A stretch of 64,000 bases of DNA from a virus (taxonomy: Duplodnaviria; Caudoviricetes): the IMG/VR virus record IMGVR_UViG_3300047469_000103, positions 64,001-128,000 of that record. One strand, given 5' to 3'. Positions 47,056 through 55,879 of the stretch are shown piece after piece. The position numbers and the translations under genes are program-made. Every line of letters starts with the position of its first letter. The stretch's first letter is position 1. The notes under the pieces were generated by a model that was not told where the DNA came from, searched no databases, and was given only the letters and a program-made list of their open reading frames with translations.

Positions 47056-47075
47056 GGGCGCCGGTTAAGACGCCC
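47056..47075 (-). other. Intergenic RNA hairpin with UUAACC loop (copy B)
   Basis: Minus strand GGGCGUC-UUAACC-GGCGCCC. Confidence 0.6.
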
Positions 47076-47082
47076 ACTGCAA

Positions 47083-48564
47083 TTAGATGTAGAATTTCAG
47101 CAGAATGCGATGGTCGTCGGCGTCTTCGTCGTCGTCTTCGCGGAAATACTGATTATTCAAATCCAGCGTAAATACGCCGTTGTCATCGGACACACGCACA
47201 CCCGATTGGAACAGCGCTTTACGCAAATCAGGATTCAGGCCGTCGCGGAAAGATTGCGCAGATGAACCGCTCGCCACGTACACAGCAGGGAACGCTTCGT
47301 CGGTGCTGGCGAGCATTGCCGAGAATTCATAATCCATGATTTCGAATGTCAGCAAATCGAATTGGTCTTTCGCCGTGCTGTCGAGTTTCGAATAATGCAG
47401 ACCACGCAGACGCGTACCGAAAGTGCGCAGGAATTGCGAATTGGTCATTGGTGTTTTGTCGCGAGTCACTGCGGCGTAAACATGTTCCAAATCGAAAAAC
47501 GAATCCACGCAATTCGGCGCGTTGCTGTCGGTCGCTACGCCTTTGTTGTCAGCCAGCAATTGATCGCCGGGACGGAAACCGCAACCGCTCAGAATGTCGT
47601 CGAAACGTGCGCCGGACATTGTGTTGAAGAAGTCCAGAATTTTGTCTGCGCTTTCTGCGTAATCGTGCGTGTCTGCCGTCAATTCACAACGACCGCCACT
47701 GCTGCGCGTTTCCGCAACGGTGATGGTGTCGATATTCACGCGAGCGGTGAACACTTCGCACGCCAAAACAAATGTCGGTTCCTGATCGTCGCCTTCTGCC
47801 GTAATGGTGAATGTCAGCGGCCACAATTCCATCATCACCCGCGCACCGATGGAATGCACAACGTCGTGATAATACTCGTGCGCTGCGCCATCAATCATGT
47901 CGCAAATTTCTTCGTGCTGAATTGCCAGCGTAGAAACGCGTTCCAGTTGCGATTTGTTGAATGGGCAACTGTTGTCGTCGAATGGCGATTTCTTTTTGCC
48001 GGGAATGCGGCGACGGTCAATGTCTTCGTCGTCTGTTTCACGTTCGACTTTTCGCACGACGGGTTTTGTCGCTTTAATAGGAACCGCCACCACTTTACCG
48101 CCAGCGCCTTTCATCAGTCGTGTTTTCGGTGCATCGCGTTCGGCAGCTTCACGTTTTGCTGGTGCCCGATAAACGTTGTTCAAAACGCGTGGATCGAAAT
48201 TAAAATAGGTTTCGAATTTCTCGGCCATGTCACCACTGATCGTAGCCTTTTCATTCAGCCAACGAGTCACCGTGCGTTTATCGACGATGCCGTACAATTC
48301 GTCCATCTGTTCATCGGACAAACGCGCACGGATGTTGTACGCGACCACAGCACGCTCATAATTGAAATGCACGTTGCCGTTTTCACCGTCGAAAGCTTTT
48401 TCCATCTTTACCAGCATGTCTTTAGTCAGCAACGTGAGGTTGCCGACACTGACGTATTCTTTGTACAGGTCAGCTTCGTGGCCTTTGAATCCGGCTTCAT
48501 TGCAGAATTCATTAAGATCGTCAAAATGCAAATCCAGTTCTTGCCACAGATTTTGAAACGACAT
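47083..48564 (-). CDS. Multi-domain protein with XRE-family HTH
   Basis: 493 aa; 'LSDEQMDELYGIVDKRTVTRWLNEKATISGDMAEKFETYF'; AAGGAG RBS. Confidence 0.65.
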   Translation of the reverse strand: MSFQNLWQELDLHFDDLNEFCNEAGFKGHEADLYKEYVSVGNLTLLTKDMLVKMEKAFDGENGNVHFNYERAVVAYNIRARLSDEQMDELYGIVDKRTVTRWLNEKATISGDMAEKFETYFNFDPRVLNNVYRAPAKREAAERDAPKTRLMKGAGGKVVAVPIKATKPVVRKVERETDDEDIDRRRIPGKKKSPFDDNSCPFNKSQLERVSTLAIQHEEICDMIDGAAHEYYHDVVHSIGARVMMELWPLTFTITAEGDDQEPTFVLACEVFTARVNIDTITVAETRSSGGRCELTADTHDYAESADKILDFFNTMSGARFDDILSGCGFRPGDQLLADNKGVATDSNAPNCVDSFFDLEHVYAAVTRDKTPMTNSQFLRTFGTRLRGLHYSKLDSTAKDQFDLLTFEIMDYEFSAMLASTDEAFPAVYVASGSSAQSFRDGLNPDLRKALFQSGVRVSDDNGVFTLDLNNQYFREDDDEDADDHRILLKFYI

Positions 48565-48576
48565 TTTTACAACTCC

Positions 48577-49392
48577 TTACAGGGATTTATCGGCAAGCTC
48601 TTTAGCAGCCAAGTCAGCGAAACGAGGATCAATTTCACACAGGTGACGCAGCACGCGTTTAGGGAAATCCAAAATGGAAACTTCCCCGGTGTACAATTCT
48701 TTGTCAGTGCGGCGACCGGAATTCATGTCGTGGAAATAAAGCATTTCACCAACAGTCATTTCGTAGTGGCGCACAATTCCGAAATTCGGCAGCGCTTCAC
48801 GAACGGTTTGCCAAAGGTCATCGTCACAGCGGCCATGTTCACACGCGTCGAAATCATCATCGTTCTTTACGATCTTCGTCATACGTGCGCGGCCATACTG
48901 CTCAACAGCGCGATTAAAGCAGTGAGCGCGGAATTCACGCAGCGCCCAATATTTCACAGTTGCAGGCCACTCGCCGGTTTCGTCTGCAATGATTTGAATT
49001 TGCTCAGGCGTCGGCAATCGACCGGCGTTATGCTTGAACAATTTCTCACGCAGCTTAGGCAGCGGCATTTCCTGCAAATTGGAACGGTACATTTTCACGA
49101 ACGCGGTAAACGGTGCGCCCGATTCAGCAGGTTCAACGTATTCGTTAATCGTCGCAACGTAAGAACGGTTGCTGTTGAATTTCTTGCCGCTAATCATCCA
49201 CACGCGGCCCAAACCTTTTTCGATAACTTCCAGCAGTGCCCACACGTTCGGGCATTTTTGGTTGAACAGCATATTTGCTTCGTCACGGCTAAGCGCGAAA
49301 ACATGCGCTTCCATTTTCTTGACGACGTTTTCAGTCTTCAAGGTGAACACGTATTGGTAATGACGCATTGTCGCGGTAGTGTGCAAAGCCAT
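48577..49392 (-). CDS. Hypothetical protein with homeodomain-like HTH
   Basis: 271 aa; residues 114-149 LREKLFKHNAGRLPTPEQIQIIADETGEWPATVKYW. Confidence 0.55.
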   Translation of the reverse strand: MALHTTATMRHYQYVFTLKTENVVKKMEAHVFALSRDEANMLFNQKCPNVWALLEVIEKGLGRVWMISGKKFNSNRSYVATINEYVEPAESGAPFTAFVKMYRSNLQEMPLPKLREKLFKHNAGRLPTPEQIQIIADETGEWPATVKYWALREFRAHCFNRAVEQYGRARMTKIVKNDDDFDACEHGRCDDDLWQTVREALPNFGIVRHYEMTVGEMLYFHDMNSGRRTDKELYTGEVSILDFPKRVLRHLCEIDPRFADLAAKELADKSL

Positions 49393-49421
49393 TTGGATTT
49401 CCTAGTGAGGTCGTTTTAACG

Positions 49422-49682
49422 CTAATTGGATTCTGCAATGCGCAGAGTATTCAGAACGGTGTCACCGAAGCCTTTATAGCTACGGTCGGTTTCGCACAGC
49501 ACATCGTAGGCTTTCGAATGCACGGCAACCGTTACCGGTTCAATGCAGTGATGGCCGACATGTACGAAAACTTTAATTGTCCTACGGTCAAACCGTTCGC
49601 GAGACAACCGAACGGAATAGCCAAGAAAGATAAAGAGTGCAGAAAGAAGCAGGGAACGAATAATCATTGCGCCACCATCCAT
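49422..49682 (-). CDS. Small membrane-anchored protein
   Basis: N-terminal hydrophobic 'IIRSLLLSALFIFLGYSV'. Confidence 0.5.
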   Translation of the reverse strand: MDGGAMIIRSLLLSALFIFLGYSVRLSRERFDRRTIKVFVHVGHHCIEPVTVAVHSKAYDVLCETDRSYKGFGDTVLNTLRIAESN

Positions 49683-49930
49683 AGAAAGATAAGAGCGAAG
49701 AGAACCACGTTTCCGCGTTCTATTTTCGAAGTGAGGGAATCTGTATTCCTACCAACGAACGCGAAACCGATTAGACAAGCGATCAAACCAACGCCGCCAA
49801 TCAACAGGCTGTGCGATTTGAACGCCAAGTAAAACCATAACAGCAACGACAGGACAACAACGATTAGCGAATGAGGCCGTTTAATCGTTGCGGTGCTGGC
49901 CGGTAATGCGGTGCGTTTCATTGTACCCAT
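49664..49930 (-). CDS. Small membrane protein (3 TM)
   Basis: 88 aa, three hydrophobic stretches; AAGGA RBS. Confidence 0.6.
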   Translation of the reverse strand: MGTMKRTALPASTATIKRPHSLIVVVLSLLLWFYLAFKSHSLLIGGVGLIACLIGFAFVGRNTDSLTSKIERGNVVLFALIFLWMVAQ

Positions 49931-49990
49931 GACGAAACTTCCTTTGATCCGTGAGCGTTAGAATTGCAGGCAGCCGGGGGCCGAAGACGC

Positions 49991-50019
49991 ATCATCGCAT
50001 CCCCGGCCCGTGGTGTCAA
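49991..50019 (-). promoter_or_regulatory. Candidate sigma70-type promoter
   Basis: TTGACA (50019-50014), 17-nt spacer, GATGAT (49996-49991) in a ~100-nt intergenic gap. Confidence 0.45.
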
Positions 50020-50038
50020 CCCTAGCGCCCCTTCAAGA

Positions 50039-50497
50039 TCAAGGGGTTACGACAGCATCCAGCAACGGAGCTTTAAGGGCTTTCCGTGCGGCAACCAACG
50101 CATGGGCCAGCACATCGCGTTGAACTGGCGTAAGCAATTCCGCCAGATTCGAATCAATGGGAAACCATTCACGCTTGCGCAATTGGAACTCTTCCCAATC
50201 CACATACGAAAGGAACGAACCGAGGAAATAAATTTCCCGCTGAATGCGTGGCGCGTTGCCTTCGTATTCCGGGTAATGTGCATCCGCATCGAAAATCTTT
50301 TCGCCCACGGTTACAGCGATACCCGCTTCCTCTTTCATTTCCTTGACGGCATTTTCTTCTGGCGTCAAACCTTCTTCCAGACCGCCTTTAGGGAAAACCC
50401 ATTTGCCCGGCAATTTCAGAGAAGTGACCAAAAATACTTTGGACACGTCTTCGTTGAACATTACGATGCCGGAAGTGGTGCGAGTGGCTTGGCTCAT
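50039..50497 (-). CDS. Nudix hydrolase
   Basis: 'KWVFPKGGLEEGLTPEENAVKEMKEEAGI' Nudix box; 'RKREW'. Confidence 0.9.
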   Translation of the reverse strand: MSQATRTTSGIVMFNEDVSKVFLVTSLKLPGKWVFPKGGLEEGLTPEENAVKEMKEEAGIAVTVGEKIFDADAHYPEYEGNAPRIQREIYFLGSFLSYVDWEEFQLRKREWFPIDSNLAELLTPVQRDVLAHALVAARKALKAPLLDAVVTP

Positions 50498-51294
50498 TTT
50501 TTAGTCTCTGTATTGATTACTTGGAATTCGCAGGAGAATGCGTAAAGTGGTGCGCCCATACTTCCGTCCACGATTAGCATGTCAACGTATTTGCCGTTAA
50601 CGTCGCGGGGCGGAAATGTACGCAAGACAATAAACTCATTGCCTTTGTCGTCTTCGAGGAACGTGCCCTCTTCCAACGTATTTTCATAAGAGCGCAATTG
50701 CTCGAAATTCTTTCGCAGCATCATGCGTGTTGCGCTTTTCGTTTGTTCCGGGTCGATGATGAAATGCGTGCCGTGCCACTGCCGTTTGCATCCGGGGATT
50801 TTGTAGAAAATCAACCCTTCGGCATTCTGTTGCAGGTCGTGAGCTTTCACTACAGAACGAACGCCGTTACGCATTAGCACCGACAGCCATTTAACCGCTT
50901 CCAGTTTGGAGTAGTGGTTAATCCGGCGCACGTCGCGAATATCCAGTTCACCGTAATTCGCCACGTAGATTTCGTTCGGCGCAATGCTGGTAATCAGTTC
51001 ACCGTAATCGTGAGGCAGAATGGAAAAACCGACGACGTTGAATTCAGTTTCGTTTTGATTCGGAACCGGTTTGTTGTAACCGGGGCGCACGCCAGTAATG
51101 ACCATGTGAATATCGTCGATCTTGGCGTGACCGTCGCCCTTGCGCATGCAGATAATTTGCTGCTGCTTCAACAACAGAGATTTAATCTGCTCCATTGTCG
51201 GTTGCATGATCGTTGTTACGATGCTCGGTTTGTTCGTAAAAGGATTCGTGCCGTTGCTGCTACTGGCACTAATGATGCGCATAGTCTCGCTCAT
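50494..51294 (-). CDS. Hypothetical protein
   Basis: 266 aa, coupled. Confidence 0.65.
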   Translation of the reverse strand: MSETMRIISASSSNGTNPFTNKPSIVTTIMQPTMEQIKSLLLKQQQIICMRKGDGHAKIDDIHMVITGVRPGYNKPVPNQNETEFNVVGFSILPHDYGELITSIAPNEIYVANYGELDIRDVRRINHYSKLEAVKWLSVLMRNGVRSVVKAHDLQQNAEGLIFYKIPGCKRQWHGTHFIIDPEQTKSATRMMLRKNFEQLRSYENTLEEGTFLEDDKGNEFIVLRTFPPRDVNGKYVDMLIVDGSMGAPLYAFSCEFQVINTETKK

Positions 51295-51617
51295 TTTGTG
51301 TCATCCTTTTTCGATGTGCTGTTGTTGATAAACGTGTCCGCTGCTTTCGCGAATGCAGTATCCAGAATGAGGCTGTTAATCAGCGCCGACGTTGCTGGAT
51401 TGCTCATAAGCATTTTTTCGTTTTCTTCGTCGGTGAATTCGTCCCAACCTTTGCCGGTGCGAATTTCCATCGCTTCGATCATGTGGCCGTTAACCTTTAC
51501 ATGGTCGGCCAACGCGGTGCGGTAATCCTGTTCGGTTTCGTCGTGAAAAGCTTTACGGAATTTGTGAATGACGGAAGCGTCTTCTAACGACTTCATATCA
51601 GGAAATGATTGTGGCAT
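51291..51617 (-). CDS. Hypothetical protein
   Basis: 108 aa; GGAG RBS in a duplicated leader. Confidence 0.65.
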   Translation of the reverse strand: MPQSFPDMKSLEDASVIHKFRKAFHDETEQDYRTALADHVKVNGHMIEAMEIRTGKGWDEFTDEENEKMLMSNPATSALINSLILDTAFAKAADTFINNSTSKKDDTK

Positions 51618-51674
51618 TTTGTTGCTCCATAAATATTCCGCTTAGAATGTGCGGAGGGGGTTTGTTGCGGGTTG

Positions 51675-52451
51675 TTATGCGTGCCAAACGTCAGCGTCGA
51701 AATTCTGCGCCAACAGATGGCGAACATGCTCAGCCATCCAGACGTTTAAATCGTTATTGTGGAATTCAAAAACTACGTTCAAGCCACGTTCGTATTTGTA
51801 ATTCGCTGGTGTCTGGAAATCGTCAGGTACAGAGAACGTCAGTTTGTGTTCGTAGTCCATCAGCCACTGCGACGGCGCCAGTGCGAACAGGCGAATGTGT
51901 TTACCGGCGTTAAAGATTTTCTCGAAAGCACTGATCGCAATTTCGTTGAAAATTTGCTGACGAACTTTCGCCTCTTCAATTGGGGCGAGATATTCGGCAA
52001 TTGCCAGTCTGTTGTTCTTGTGCCAGCGTTTCATGCTGACGATCATGGAAGCAACTGCGGTCAATTCATACGGACGCTTTTGATACGGCCCGATACCTGC
52101 GGGTAAAAGTGCCACGTCTCTTTGCGGCCCCCAAATTCCCAAATAGGAAATTCCAGCATCGTGCAGAACGTCCCGTTGGTTATCGGTGGCACGGTTCCAC
52201 GTAAAACGATCCATCAGGTGACGGACTGCGTAAATGGTTTGCATGTGGCCGATATTTCGCGTCGTTTGAATTTCGTTGAACGAATCAATAATGCTACGCG
52301 CTTCCCGGTCGGCTTCTCCGCACTTGCTGTCGAAGTTGTAAACCCCATCGACGAAAACTTTCATGCGGTCGGTTGTGTCTGCGAGAGCTTCGTCACGGTC
52401 AAAATAAATCACCGGTTTCGGAAACTCAAGAATCAGATTGGCGTCTCTCAT
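51675..52451 (-). CDS. Hypothetical protein
   Basis: 258 aa. Confidence 0.65.
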   Translation of the reverse strand: MRDANLILEFPKPVIYFDRDEALADTTDRMKVFVDGVYNFDSKCGEADREARSIIDSFNEIQTTRNIGHMQTIYAVRHLMDRFTWNRATDNQRDVLHDAGISYLGIWGPQRDVALLPAGIGPYQKRPYELTAVASMIVSMKRWHKNNRLAIAEYLAPIEEAKVRQQIFNEIAISAFEKIFNAGKHIRLFALAPSQWLMDYEHKLTFSVPDDFQTPANYKYERGLNVVFEFHNNDLNVWMAEHVRHLLAQNFDADVWHA

Positions 52452-52828
52452 ATCAGGTTATGCTCTTCTAGCACGCGTATGATTTCTGCGTGTGCTGCCG
52501 TTTGAATTCGCTTGGCACGGCGACTCTTTTTCTCGATGCGCGCCAACTCAAGTTTTTTCTTCATCATGCGATCATGCAAAAGCATTCCGGCAACCCATCC
52601 AGCCCCGGCACCGAACGCACCTAAAAGCATGATGTATGGGTTTTCGCTTTTCGCTGCCTGAATGCTCATGGTCAACGTAACGAGCATTTCCAAAGCACTC
52701 ATAACAGTGCCACCGGTAAACGCCATGCGCTTGTGATTTCCTGCAACGGATTTATTCTGAAACCCGCGAAGAAGCGTCGTCGTGAACAGGACTGCTGCGG
52801 TGCCCAGCACCAATATTAGTTCGTGCAT
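52448..52828 (-). CDS. Membrane protein (3 TM)
   Basis: 126 aa; 'LLRGFQNK.V' motif and three hydrophobic helices. Confidence 0.7.
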   Translation of the reverse strand: MHELILVLGTAAVLFTTTLLRGFQNKSVAGNHKRMAFTGGTVMSALEMLVTLTMSIQAAKSENPYIMLLGAFGAGAGWVAGMLLHDRMMKKKLELARIEKKSRRAKRIQTAAHAEIIRVLEEHNLI

Positions 52829-52958
52829 TTAATTCCCCCACTAGGCGATCAAGATTTGCCTTGCTGTCGATTTTTGTTTCGGGTGTAAAGTGAGCGATAA
52901 TCGACAGCGTGGCAATCATGAATAATGCACAGACCATGCTACGATTCCAGCTACGCAT
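52752..52958 (-). CDS. Possible small membrane protein
   Basis: One TM; overlaps its neighbours; doubtful. Confidence 0.3.
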   Translation of the reverse strand: MRSWNRSMVCALFMIATLSIIAHFTPETKIDSKANLDRLVGELNARTNIGAGHRSSPVHDDASSRVSE

Positions 52959-53535
52959 CTTTAAAGCTTACGCTTATGTAATTGAACTGCGTCGGCCCGG
53001 TGAAAGTCATGTCGAGAATAACCGCAATAATTTCACGGTACGCTTGCTTCAGCCACATGTCGTAATCGGTGTACGAACTTTCCAATTCGTTCATCAAATA
53101 ACTACACGCGTTCGACATGAATTCCAGCATCGTGCGAGCTACGTTGTTCGGGTCTTCTTTGGTCGTGACGGTGAACGTGACGTGTTGCATTCCGTCGTAG
53201 AGATAATTCTGTTTTACAGTATTGAACGCGTAGGAGAAAAGACGACCGATTCTTTTCATGTTCGTCGCATGCGCGCTGCGTTCGTCAATGTCCAGCACAC
53301 CCAAATGCTGTTCCTGTGTGGCGCGATGCGTCATCTGCATAATCGCCCCGAATAATTCGAAGCGGAAAAAGTTTGCGACTGCGCCGTCAGGATCGGGCGT
53401 TGGCATATCACGGAAAGCACGCTGCGGGTCTTTGTACTGATTGGCAAGTTCACGCACGAAACAGTTGAAATCAATCGTGACCTTTTTCACACGCGAACAT
53501 GCCGGGCCTTTGAGAATTTCATTTAGCGAAGTCAT
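52951..53535 (-). CDS. Hypothetical protein
   Basis: 194 aa. Confidence 0.65.
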   Translation of the reverse strand: MTSLNEILKGPACSRVKKVTIDFNCFVRELANQYKDPQRAFRDMPTPDPDGAVANFFRFELFGAIMQMTHRATQEQHLGVLDIDERSAHATNMKRIGRLFSYAFNTVKQNYLYDGMQHVTFTVTTKEDPNNVARTMLEFMSNACSYLMNELESSYTDYDMWLKQAYREIIAVILDMTFTGPTQFNYISVSFKDA

Positions 53536-53807
53536 TGCGCGACCATCCCTTTGTGCTTAACCAGCATGGTATCGGGAATGCACTGGAACTGACGATAGCC
53601 GTCAATGATCCAGCACGTCGCGTTCATTTCGTCGTCGTGGAAACGTTCGATTCGACTGTTCGAAGTTTTACCGATTTGCACGGCGATAACTTTTTCACTG
53701 GTGGGCGTAGTGTTTCGCATGGCATTGGTAGCAGCGGATTCGCCTGTGTTGAAGTCGCCGCAACCGGCCAGCAATGCAAAAGCAATCAAAACAATTTTAG
53801 TTTTCAT
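53532..53807 (-). CDS. Small lipoprotein
   Basis: MKTKIVLIAFALLAG|C canonical lipobox; 'RFHDDE.NATCW...QCIP'. Confidence 0.75.
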   Translation of the reverse strand: MKTKIVLIAFALLAGCGDFNTGESAATNAMRNTTPTSEKVIAVQIGKTSNSRIERFHDDEMNATCWIIDGYRQFQCIPDTMLVKHKGMVAQ

Positions 53808-54252
53808 CTTTGACTTCCTGTGCTTTTTCAAGAATACCTTTTTCGATAGCGTCCATGTAGGCGTCAACACTATCTGCGAACGAATGCGCTTCGGCCTGTG
53901 ACGTAAACGTGGTGGCAAAGGCCAATCCCCATTCACGCGTGGAGTCGATGCTAATTGATTTCGGGATCAGACGGACATAGTGAAAACCCATGTCGAAAAA
54001 TACCCAAGTCCATTTGCTGTTCGGTCGGCTGCTTTCGTATTTCGGCGTACCCGGAACACGCGAATTGTCACCTTCCAATCCAAGCTGCTTTTTCTGACGA
54101 TCACCCATTTCAGTAAGGGCAATTCGGTACTCAGTTATTTCGGTCGCGCAAACGATTCTGTTGCAACACTCGCTGATAAAATGCGGGACTGTATAATTCT
54201 GCAATTTCTGGTTGCAGTACGGGCAGTGGAACTCGGCTGGCTGTGCGAACAT
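53797..54252 (-). CDS. Zn-finger hypothetical protein
   Basis: 'CPYC...ECC' N-terminus; 151 aa. Confidence 0.55.
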   Translation of the reverse strand: MFAQPAEFHCPYCNQKLQNYTVPHFISECCNRIVCATEITEYRIALTEMGDRQKKQLGLEGDNSRVPGTPKYESSRPNSKWTWVFFDMGFHYVRLIPKSISIDSTREWGLAFATTFTSQAEAHSFADSVDAYMDAIEKGILEKAQEVKDEN

Positions 54253-54382
54253 TATTTTCTCTCACTGTCAGATTATTGCCTGCGCCGCAATTCCAGCAGC
54301 GCAGTTCAACATTAGAGGTGGTGTAAAGCATGAGCATTTCCGGGGAACAACTCAGGCGTCTATTACATTGCTTGCAGTTCAA
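54131..54382 (-). CDS. Zn-ribbon protein
   Basis: 'CKQC...CWNC'; ATGA overlap at its start; 3' part overlaps the next ORF. Confidence 0.5.
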   Translation of the reverse strand: MNCKQCNRRLSCSPEMLMLYTTSNVELRCWNCGAGNNLTVRENNVRTASRVPLPVLQPEIAELYSPAFYQRVLQQNRLRDRNN

Positions 54383-54738
54383 TCTTTCACACGGAACCTT
54401 AGCTCGAAAATCCAGAATTTCCGTACAGTGTATTTAGGTGGCGGCGGCAAAGCTTTTTCGGGAGGGATTTCAATTCCAGATTCCACGACAGCCTTATTGA
54501 AACGGGCCAGCGCATCTGTGCCAAATCCAGCAATGGCATTTTCGAGAAGTTCGATTTTTTCTTTGTGTTGTAGAAGTGCAGTCGTACATTCTGCGAAGCT
54601 GTTCAACCGCGTGCGTCCGCGACAACCACGAGGCAACTGGCCCTGCAATTCGCACAGGCGCAAATACAACGTGTGTTCCCTTGAGGCCGCTGCTTCTACG
54701 AACTTGCGTGCATCCGCCAAACTGGCCGCTTCTTTCAT
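54379..54738 (-). CDS. Hypothetical protein
   Basis: 119 aa, coupled. Confidence 0.55.
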   Translation of the reverse strand: MKEAASLADARKFVEAAASREHTLYLRLCELQGQLPRGCRGRTRLNSFAECTTALLQHKEKIELLENAIAGFGTDALARFNKAVVESGIEIPPEKALPPPPKYTVRKFWIFELRFRVKD

Positions 54739-55235
54739 TGTGCAATCCCATTCTTTTCGAGTGCATCAACGACCAGCGTATGCAGGCCCGGTTCACTTTG
54801 CAGGAAATCTAAACCTTTGTGAGTGAAGAACATCCGCTCGTGGTCGGTCGGCTGCACACTGGCGTTCGTGTGCAAAACAAACACGATGTAAACTTTTCCG
54901 TTTTCACGCATCAATTTACCGCAGGGGATGAAATCCACAAACGGCAGTTCTTCGCGAATTGGAATTTCCAACAACAATCGGAATTTGTGTGCGTCATCAA
55001 CTTTGATGTGGTGTTGCTTCAACAGGTGCGAGTAGCTGAACCAATGTTGCCCGGCTGGTTTGCGACGGAACGAAAAGCTTTTGAAAACAGCATCCGCATT
55101 TGTCACGCCTTCCAGTAGCAAGAAAGGCTCGGTTGCGTCACGGTCGTGAATGTTTTGACGGTAATCCAAACCCGCAATGTGCAGACCGCTTTCGAGCCTT
55201 GTTACTTGGACAATGATTGCGCCAGAAATTTCCAT
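54735..55235 (-). CDS. Hypothetical protein
   Basis: 166 aa. Confidence 0.6.
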   Translation of the reverse strand: MEISGAIIVQVTRLESGLHIAGLDYRQNIHDRDATEPFLLLEGVTNADAVFKSFSFRRKPAGQHWFSYSHLLKQHHIKVDDAHKFRLLLEIPIREELPFVDFIPCGKLMRENGKVYIVFVLHTNASVQPTDHERMFFTHKGLDFLQSEPGLHTLVVDALEKNGIAQ

Positions 55236-55249
55236 TTTTATTTACTCGA

Positions 55250-55570
55250 TTACTTGATGATGTATTTGGCCGCGATGGAGTGGGCCGTTTTGAGGGTGTC
55301 GGTGAAATCAAAACTCGGTTGCTGCTTGCGCTCTGAGTCACGCGCCATTTCAATTTCTTGCAGCATGTGCTGTATCTCTTTGTCCAGTTCCTTGACGTTC
55401 TTCATTCCCTCTTCAACAGACCAGAAATTGTAATACCAATCTCCCGTTGCGCCGAGGCGATCCGCATATCCGCCAATCTCTGCGCGGAGATTACAAAGCC
55501 CTTCCAGATGGAAACGCATGGATGTGCAAATATCATTTAATTCCGTGAGTGCTTCTTCCTTGGTTTTCAA
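55250..55570 (-). CDS. Coiled-coil hypothetical protein
   Basis: 106 aa. Confidence 0.6.
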   Translation of the reverse strand: MKTKEEALTELNDICTSMRFHLEGLCNLRAEIGGYADRLGATGDWYYNFWSVEEGMKNVKELDKEIQHMLQEIEMARDSERKQQPSFDFTDTLKTAHSIAAKYIIK

Positions 55571-55875
55571 TCCGTTTCTTCCTCTTCTTCTTCTTCGTCT
55601 GACGGCAGGTCAAACTCTTCTGCAAACTCTTCCAGAATAGACATGGCCCGACGTTCCTTCGCATCATACAAACGTGCGTCCGTATCGCGAATTGCTGCGA
55701 CGGTTTTCTGTGCATGCGAAAGGCATGTGACCAGCGACGGTTCGTCTTCCAGCGACGTAGGGTAGAAGCGTTTGATTTTCTTCCTTGAGTCCAGCGCCTG
55801 CAATTCGTCTTCACGCTCTTTCAGCTTGAGCGCTAGATGGGTGCAGATAAATACAGCGCGAGAAATAACACTCAT
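55567..55875 (-). CDS. Coiled-coil protein with acidic tail
   Basis: Start MSVISRAV (AGGA RBS); ends EEEEEEETD. Confidence 0.55.
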   Translation of the reverse strand: MSVISRAVFICTHLALKLKEREDELQALDSRKKIKRFYPTSLEDEPSLVTCLSHAQKTVAAIRDTDARLYDAKERRAMSILEEFAEEFDLPSDEEEEEEETD

Positions 55876-55879
55876 GTTT

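Noticed and set aside
47362-49419. 685-aa plus-strand ORF (also 58289-59575, 59786-60874, 23786-24532 and similar)
   Set aside because: These are antisense shadows of coupled minus-strand genes that have RBSs and recognisable motifs.
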